The notes under the pieces were generated by a model. The model was not told the origin of the DNA. It saw only the letters and a program-made list of their open reading frames with translations, and ran no database searches. Shown here piece after piece: positions 42,626 to 46,926 of a stretch of DNA of 46,926 nt (position 1 is its first letter; every line of letters starts with the position of its first letter). The DNA is from Acidimicrobiales bacterium (GTDB lineage Bacteria > Actinomycetota > Acidimicrobiia > Acidimicrobiales > JAMCQF01): the NCBI GenBank assembly GCA_027366675.1, contig DAHXND010000128.1, positions 1-46,926 of the forward strand. The letters run 5' to 3'. A program made the translations under genes and the position numbers.

Positions 42626-44265
42626 GCAGTGCGGATCGCCCAGCCGTGGGCGGCGCGAATGACCCGGCCGTGGGCGGCGCGGATCGCCCGGCCGTGAGCG
42701 GCGCGGATCGCCCGGCCGTGGGCGGCCAGCCTGGGAGCCCTTACCGGACCGCTTGGGCTCCAGGGCGCTATCCGAGCATCCTCGTGATCGACGTCGGGAC
42801 CTCCGGGGTGCGCTCCGCCATCGTGCGCCTGGCCGGCGAGGAAGGTGCCGGGATCGTGGAGCACGTCCACCACCAGCCGGTGCTTCCTGCATCTCCCGCC
42901 CCAGGAATAGTCGAGATCGACGCCAGGGTGCTGGCGGAAGCGGCCCTCGCTACAGCCAGGAGCGCTATGGCCGACGCCGGAGAGCGGGTGGACGCCGTCG
43001 GCATAGCCAACCAGCGAGCCTCCACCATAGTCTGGGACCGCGAGGGTCACCCTGTGGGCCCGGGCATCGGCTGGCAGGACCTACGCACCGTGGGCACCTG
43101 CCTCGCGCTTCAGGCAGACGGCTTCCGCTTCGCCCCGAACGCCTCAGCGACCAAGCTCGCCGCCATCCTCGATGCCGTGGACCCCGATCGGGTCCGCAGC
43201 GAGTCTCCCGGCGACCTGCACTTCGGCACAGTCGACACCTGGCTGGTGTGGATCCTCACCGGCGGTGCCCACCACGTAACTGACGCCACCAACGCAGGTC
43301 TCACCGGGTTGCTACGTGCCGATGGAACCGGCTGGGACGAGCGGGCACTGGAGGCACTGAGGATCCCTGGCTCGATACTGCCGCGCATCGTGGACTCCGC
43401 CGGGCCGATTGCCGAAGCCACCGCTCTACCTGGTTCGCCTCCGATAACCGGTATGGCCGGGGACCAGCAGGCGTCCCTCGTGGGCCAGGGCTGCACGCGC
43501 GCCGGGCTGGCGAAGGCCACTTTCGGGACCGGCGGGATGCTGGACCTGTGCACGGGGAAGAGCAGGGTCGGATTCGCCCAGCGTGGCAGCGCGGGAACGA
43601 TCCCTGTGATCGCGTGGCGCCACGGCACAAGCCTCTCCTGGGGGGTAGAGGCGATCATGCTGGCAGCCGGCACGAACGTCGAGTGGCTGCGCGACGACCT
43701 TCGGATCATCGATAACGCCGAGGAAAGCGATGCCATAGCAGCATCGTGTGCCGAGACAGGCGACGTCTGGTACGTTCCTGCCCTACTCGGACTTGGCACG
43801 CCCGTGTGGGATTTCGGAGCACGAGGCACCCTCCTGGGCATAAGCAGAGGAACCGGCCGGCCAGAGATAGTCCGCGCCGTGCTGGAAGGCGTCGCACACA
43901 GGGGAGCTGATCTGCTCGAAGCCGCAGGGGCAGATGCTGGCGAGCATCCCGAGGCTCTCAGGGTCGATGGCGGGATGACCGGGAACTCCACCTTCCTCCA
44001 AGCGCTCGCCGATGCCTGCCACCTGGCCATAGAGGTGGCTCCCGTCACGGAGGCAACTACCCTCGGTGCCGCCTACCTGGCCGGTCTGGGCCTGGGCTAC
44101 TGGCCTGACGCCGAAGCGCTTAGCGCCACCTGGCATCCCCGGCTCGTCATAGATCCGGACCCATCTATAGGAGATGACGCCTGGCGACATATCCGCGAGC
44201 GCTGGCACCAAGCCCGCTCACGAGCGGAGCGCACCATCCCCGAGCTGTCCGGCATCGACTTCTGA
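42622..44265 (+). CDS. FGGY-family carbohydrate kinase, divergent glycerol-kinase paralogue
   Basis: ILVIDVGTSGVRS, IANQRASTIVWDREGHPVGPGIGWQDLRT, GTVDTWLVWILTGG..HVTDATNA and GDQQASLVGQGC. GTG 42622 overlaps the upstream stop (GTGA). The alternative start GTG 42718 lies after the repeat. Confidence 0.8.
   Translation: MSSADRPAVGGANDPAVGGADRPAVSGADRPAVGGQPGSPYRTAWAPGRYPSILVIDVGTSGVRSAIVRLAGEEGAGIVEHVHHQPVLPASPAPGIVEIDARVLAEAALATARSAMADAGERVDAVGIANQRASTIVWDREGHPVGPGIGWQDLRTVGTCLALQADGFRFAPNASATKLAAILDAVDPDRVRSESPGDLHFGTVDTWLVWILTGGAHHVTDATNAGLTGLLRADGTGWDERALEALRIPGSILPRIVDSAGPIAEATALPGSPPITGMAGDQQASLVGQGCTRAGLAKATFGTGGMLDLCTGKSRVGFAQRGSAGTIPVIAWRHGTSLSWGVEAIMLAAGTNVEWLRDDLRIIDNAEESDAIAASCAETGDVWYVPALLGLGTPVWDFGARGTLLGISRGTGRPEIVRAVLEGVAHRGADLLEAAGADAGEHPEALRVDGGMTGNSTFLQALADACHLAIEVAPVTEATTLGAAYLAGLGLGYWPDAEALSATWHPRLVIDPDPSIGDDAWRHIRERWHQARSRAERTIPELSGIDF
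42631..42726 (+). repeat. 24-bp tandem repeat, 4 copies, encoding A(D/N)(R/D)PAV(G/S)G at the 5' end of the FGGY kinase ORF
   Basis: gcggatcgccc(a/g)gccgtg(g/a)gcggc occurs four times, with one diverged unit. Confidence 0.9.
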
Positions 44266-44391
44266 GCCGTGACCCTGGCCCTGGAGCCGCGTCGTCAAGG
44301 GCGGGGGTTGACTTCTGAATAGAGTGATGGTCCTTCAGCTCTCCTCCTCGTCGAGCACCTAGCTTGGCACCTGGCTTGGTACAGTTGGCCG

Positions 44392-46029
44392 ATGGAGGAG
44401 TTCGACTACGTGGTTGTCGGGGGCGGCTCGGCAGGTTGCGTCGTGGCGAGCCGCCTGAGCGAGGATCCCTCGGTAAAGGTGTGCCTGCTCGAGGCCGGCG
44501 GCGAGGGACGGGATGTCCTGATTCGCGCCCCGCTGGGCTTTGCCCTGGCAATGCCACGTGGCATCAATAGCTGGAACTACCAGACCGTGCCCCAGCCCGG
44601 TTTGAACGGGCGTCGCGGCTTTCAGCCACGCGGCAAGGCGCTCGGCGGCTCGAGCGCCATCAACGCCATGATTTACGCCCGCGGACCCCGTTTCGACTAC
44701 GACAACTGGGCCGCATTGGGGAACCCGGGTTGGGGCTACGACGACGTGCTCCCGTACTTCAAGAAATCCGAGGCCAACGCGATCCACCGAGACTCTCCCT
44801 TCCACGGGGTCGACGGCCCCCTGCACGTTACCAACCTGCGGAGCCCGAGCCCCCTCAACGACGTGTTCCTGGAGGCCTGCCAGTCGCAGGGCATCCCCTT
44901 CAACCCGGACTGCAACGGCACCGACCACCATGGCTGCTACCACGTCCAGGTCACCCAGAAGGATGGCGAGCGTCACAGCGCCGCTGCCGCCTTCATCCAT
45001 CCCAACATGGATCGGCCCAACCTGGAGGTGCGTACCGGCGCCCACACCACTCGGGTGTTGCTCGACCAGCGCCGCGCGACCGGCGTCGAGTATCAGCGAG
45101 GCGATCAGCTGAACACGGTACGGGTGCGCCGCGAGGTGGTGATGTCGGCCGGGGCCTTCGGCTCGCCCCAGATCCTGATGGCCTCGGGCCTGGGGCCGGG
45201 CGCTCACCTGCAGGGACTGGGCATAACTCCAGTCCTCGACATACCCGGGATCGGTCAGAACCTTCAGGACCACATCTCAGCTCTGTTGATCTACCGGTCA
45301 CTGGTCTCTGATCACACCGTCGGTATCTCCCCGACGGGTGTGGCCCGGTTGCTCAAGGCGATGTGGACGTGGCACAGGTACCGCTCCGGTCTGATCACCA
45401 GCTGCGTCGCAGAGTCCGGTGCCTACTACCGGACAAGTCCTGATGTCGAGGTGTCCGACATGGAGATGGAGTTGATCGTCGGCATCGCCGACGATCACGG
45501 ACGCAAGCTCCACCTCGGTCACGGTTACTCGGCGCACCTACTCCTGGCAAGACCCAAGAGCGTGGGCGAATTGAAGCTCGCCAGTCCCGACACGAGGGTT
45601 GCTCCCCTGATCGACCCGAGGTACTTCAGCCATCCCTACGACATGGAGACGATGGTCAAGGGCGTCCAGATAGCGCTCGACATCATGAACAGCCCCGCCT
45701 TCGACCGATACCGCGGCGAGATGCTTATTCGATACGACCGGGACGACCCCCGCCAGATCGAAGATACCCTGCGTAAGCACGCAGACACCGAGTACCACGT
45801 GTGCGGAACCTGCAAGATGGGCCCGGACGACGATCCGATGGCGGTGGTTGACGCGCAGCTGATGGTGCGGGGCATCAGCGGCCTCAGGATCGCCGACGCG
45901 TCGGTTATGCCGTGCGTGACGAGCAACAACATCAACGCAGCTGTGATCATGATCGGCGAGAAGTGTGCCGACATGATGAGATCAAGGCATGCGCCGGCTG
46001 CGGCTCCGATCTTGACCACGCCGAGGTAG
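44392..46029 (+). CDS. GMC-family FAD oxidoreductase (choline/alcohol dehydrogenase-like)
   Basis: FDYVVVGGGSAGCVVASRLSEDPSVKVCLLEAGG, GKALGGSSAINAMIY, SAGAFGSPQILMASG, and the C-terminal HVCGTCKMG...VVDAQLMVRGISGLRIADASVMP. Confidence 0.9.
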   Translation: MEEFDYVVVGGGSAGCVVASRLSEDPSVKVCLLEAGGEGRDVLIRAPLGFALAMPRGINSWNYQTVPQPGLNGRRGFQPRGKALGGSSAINAMIYARGPRFDYDNWAALGNPGWGYDDVLPYFKKSEANAIHRDSPFHGVDGPLHVTNLRSPSPLNDVFLEACQSQGIPFNPDCNGTDHHGCYHVQVTQKDGERHSAAAAFIHPNMDRPNLEVRTGAHTTRVLLDQRRATGVEYQRGDQLNTVRVRREVVMSAGAFGSPQILMASGLGPGAHLQGLGITPVLDIPGIGQNLQDHISALLIYRSLVSDHTVGISPTGVARLLKAMWTWHRYRSGLITSCVAESGAYYRTSPDVEVSDMEMELIVGIADDHGRKLHLGHGYSAHLLLARPKSVGELKLASPDTRVAPLIDPRYFSHPYDMETMVKGVQIALDIMNSPAFDRYRGEMLIRYDRDDPRQIEDTLRKHADTEYHVCGTCKMGPDDDPMAVVDAQLMVRGISGLRIADASVMPCVTSNNINAAVIMIGEKCADMMRSRHAPAAAPILTTPR

Positions 46030-46117
46030 TGAGCGAAGAGGAGCGCGAGGTCTTCGAGGTTCCCGAGTGGCAAGGGCCCTCAGAAAATTCCCGCCCGCAG
46101 TGCAGGAACGGTCACTC

Positions 46118-46926
46118 ATGGTCGATAATGGTCTCGTGCCGTCCTTTCCAGCTGCGCCGATGCCCCCGGGCACTGGCGGCCCAGCCGGCGCGCCGTCTAT
46201 CGTGACGGATCCGGGCATCCAGGCCGGACCAGGCGGGACCGATGCGAAGGGGTCCACCGTCCCAGGCAGCGGAATAGGCGCAGGAGACGCAGAGAGCAGC
46301 GGCTACGCCCCAGACCACGCTCCCAGGCTCGACCTCGACGAGACGATCGCTTTCGCTCACGCTCTCCAGCGAGAGATCGCCAGGGTCGTGATAGGCACTC
46401 CTGAGGCTGTCTCCATTGCCGTGCTTGCCGTGCTCTCTGGAGCGCACCTGCTAATCGAGGACGTACCCGGCGTCGGCAAGACAGTCCTGGCGAAGGCGCT
46501 CGCATCTGTGCTGGGAGCTCGCCTGCAGCGCATCCAGGGGCATCCCGACCTGCTCCCTTCGGATGTTACCGGGGTAAGCATCTATAATCCAGGCAACACC
46601 ACCTGGGAGTTCCGTCCGGGGCCGATATTCTCTCCGATACTGCTCGTCGACGAGTTGAACCGCACGCCACCACGCACTCAGTCCGCGCTGTTAGAGGCCA
46701 TGGAGGAGGGCCAGGTTACCGTTGACGGCGAGTCGTGGCAGCTCCCCTACCCTCATCTGGTAATCGCCACACAGAACCCGCTCAGCCAGCTCGGAACCTA
46801 CCCGCTTGTCGAGAGTCAGCTCGATCGCTTCGGTCTGGCGACCACCATGGGCTATCCGGACGCGACAACAGAGGTGGCTCTGGCCCTGCACTACGGCGGG
46901 CAGGGCGCTCTGCAGTCCTTGGCGCC
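46118..46926 (+). CDS. MoxR-family AAA+ ATPase, 5' part; the 3' end lies outside the window
   Basis: This gene is not in the ORF track because it has no stop in the window. My hand translation of frame 2 gives ...REIARVVIGTPEAVSIAVLAVLSGAHLLIEDVPGVGKTVLAKALA (Walker A)...ILLVDELNRTPPRTQSALLEAMEEGQVTVDG (Walker B)...VIATQNP...ESQLDRF. The start is uncertain: ATG 46118, ATG 46160 or GTG 46202. Confidence 0.8.
   Translation, partial: MVDNGLVPSFPAAPMPPGTGGPAGAPSIVTDPGIQAGPGGTDAKGSTVPGSGIGAGDAESSGYAPDHAPRLDLDETIAFAHALQREIARVVIGTPEAVSIAVLAVLSGAHLLIEDVPGVGKTVLAKALASVLGARLQRIQGHPDLLPSDVTGVSIYNPGNTTWEFRPGPIFSPILLVDELNRTPPRTQSALLEAMEEGQVTVDGESWQLPYPHLVIATQNPLSQLGTYPLVESQLDRFGLATTMGYPDATTEVALALHYGGQGALQSLA

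Noticed and set aside
39240-45273. Several long minus-strand ORFs (39240..40211, 41141..42280, 43110..44048, 44359..45273).
   Set aside because: Each is fully antisense to a plus-strand gene with strong motif support (GlpD, FAD oxidase, FGGY kinase, GMC oxidoreductase). They are Arg/Pro/Gly-rich with no recognisable domains, so they are shadow ORFs of high-G+C coding sequence.

Overview
This is a 46.9-kb high-G+C, actinobacterial-type chromosomal segment. It is densely packed with about 41 protein-coding genes, many joined by 4-nt ATGA/GTGA start-stop overlaps. I found no rRNA, tRNA, CRISPR array, IS element, integrase or prophage.

Gene content, left to right:
- A YyaL-like thioredoxin-domain protein, 5'-truncated by the window edge.
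- A visibly lower-G+C islet: a secreted G1 (eqolisin-type) glutamic peptidase, an ECF sigma factor, a putative anti-sigma membrane protein, and then an orphan DNA amino-methyltransferase.
- A DUF45 metallopeptidase and a hypothetical protein.
- A patatin-like phospholipase operon.
- An OmpR/histidine-kinase two-component pair, divergent from a membrane-anchored BNR/Asp-box protein.
- A SAM methyltransferase.
- A ferric-reductase(NOX)-like / FMN-binding / ApbE flavinylation operon.
- An aldehyde dehydrogenase.
- A solitary VirD4/TraG-like coupling ATPase.
- An alpha/beta-hydrolase, glpK and TetR operon.
- An aminotransferase.
- LLM oxidoreductase, ROK glucokinase, SRPBCC protein, GT4 mannosyltransferase-like protein and QueG on the minus strand.
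- A small zinc-ribbon protein divergent from a DnaQ-like exonuclease.
- trpD and an acyl-CoA dehydrogenase.
- An unknown membrane protein.
- A Fur/PerR-like regulator, rubrerythrin, CCG Fe-S protein and DUF3501 operon, carrying an AT-rich inverted-repeat operator.
- A translationally coupled glpD, FAD-oxidase and FGGY-kinase operon.
- A GMC oxidoreductase.
- The 5' part of a MoxR AAA+ ATPase.

The most unusual sequence-level property is a very high density of locus-specific short tandem repeats. Inside ORFs the period is always a multiple of 3 (15, 18, 21 or 24 bp) and the repeats sit at termini or domain linkers. In intergenic gaps the periods are about 17, 22, about 25, 26, 61 and about 66 bp. 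One intergenic array carries a perfect 16-bp palindrome repeated every 61 bp.

No canonical defence system is recognisable. The best candidates for under-described biology are the NOX-like flavinylated electron-export module, the PerR/rubrerythrin/CCG-Fe-S/DUF3501 operon, the low-G+C eqolisin-ECF islet, the orphan coupling ATPase, and the tandem-repeat phenomenon itself.

All functional calls rest on motif recognition by eye from the supplied translations. No database search was run.
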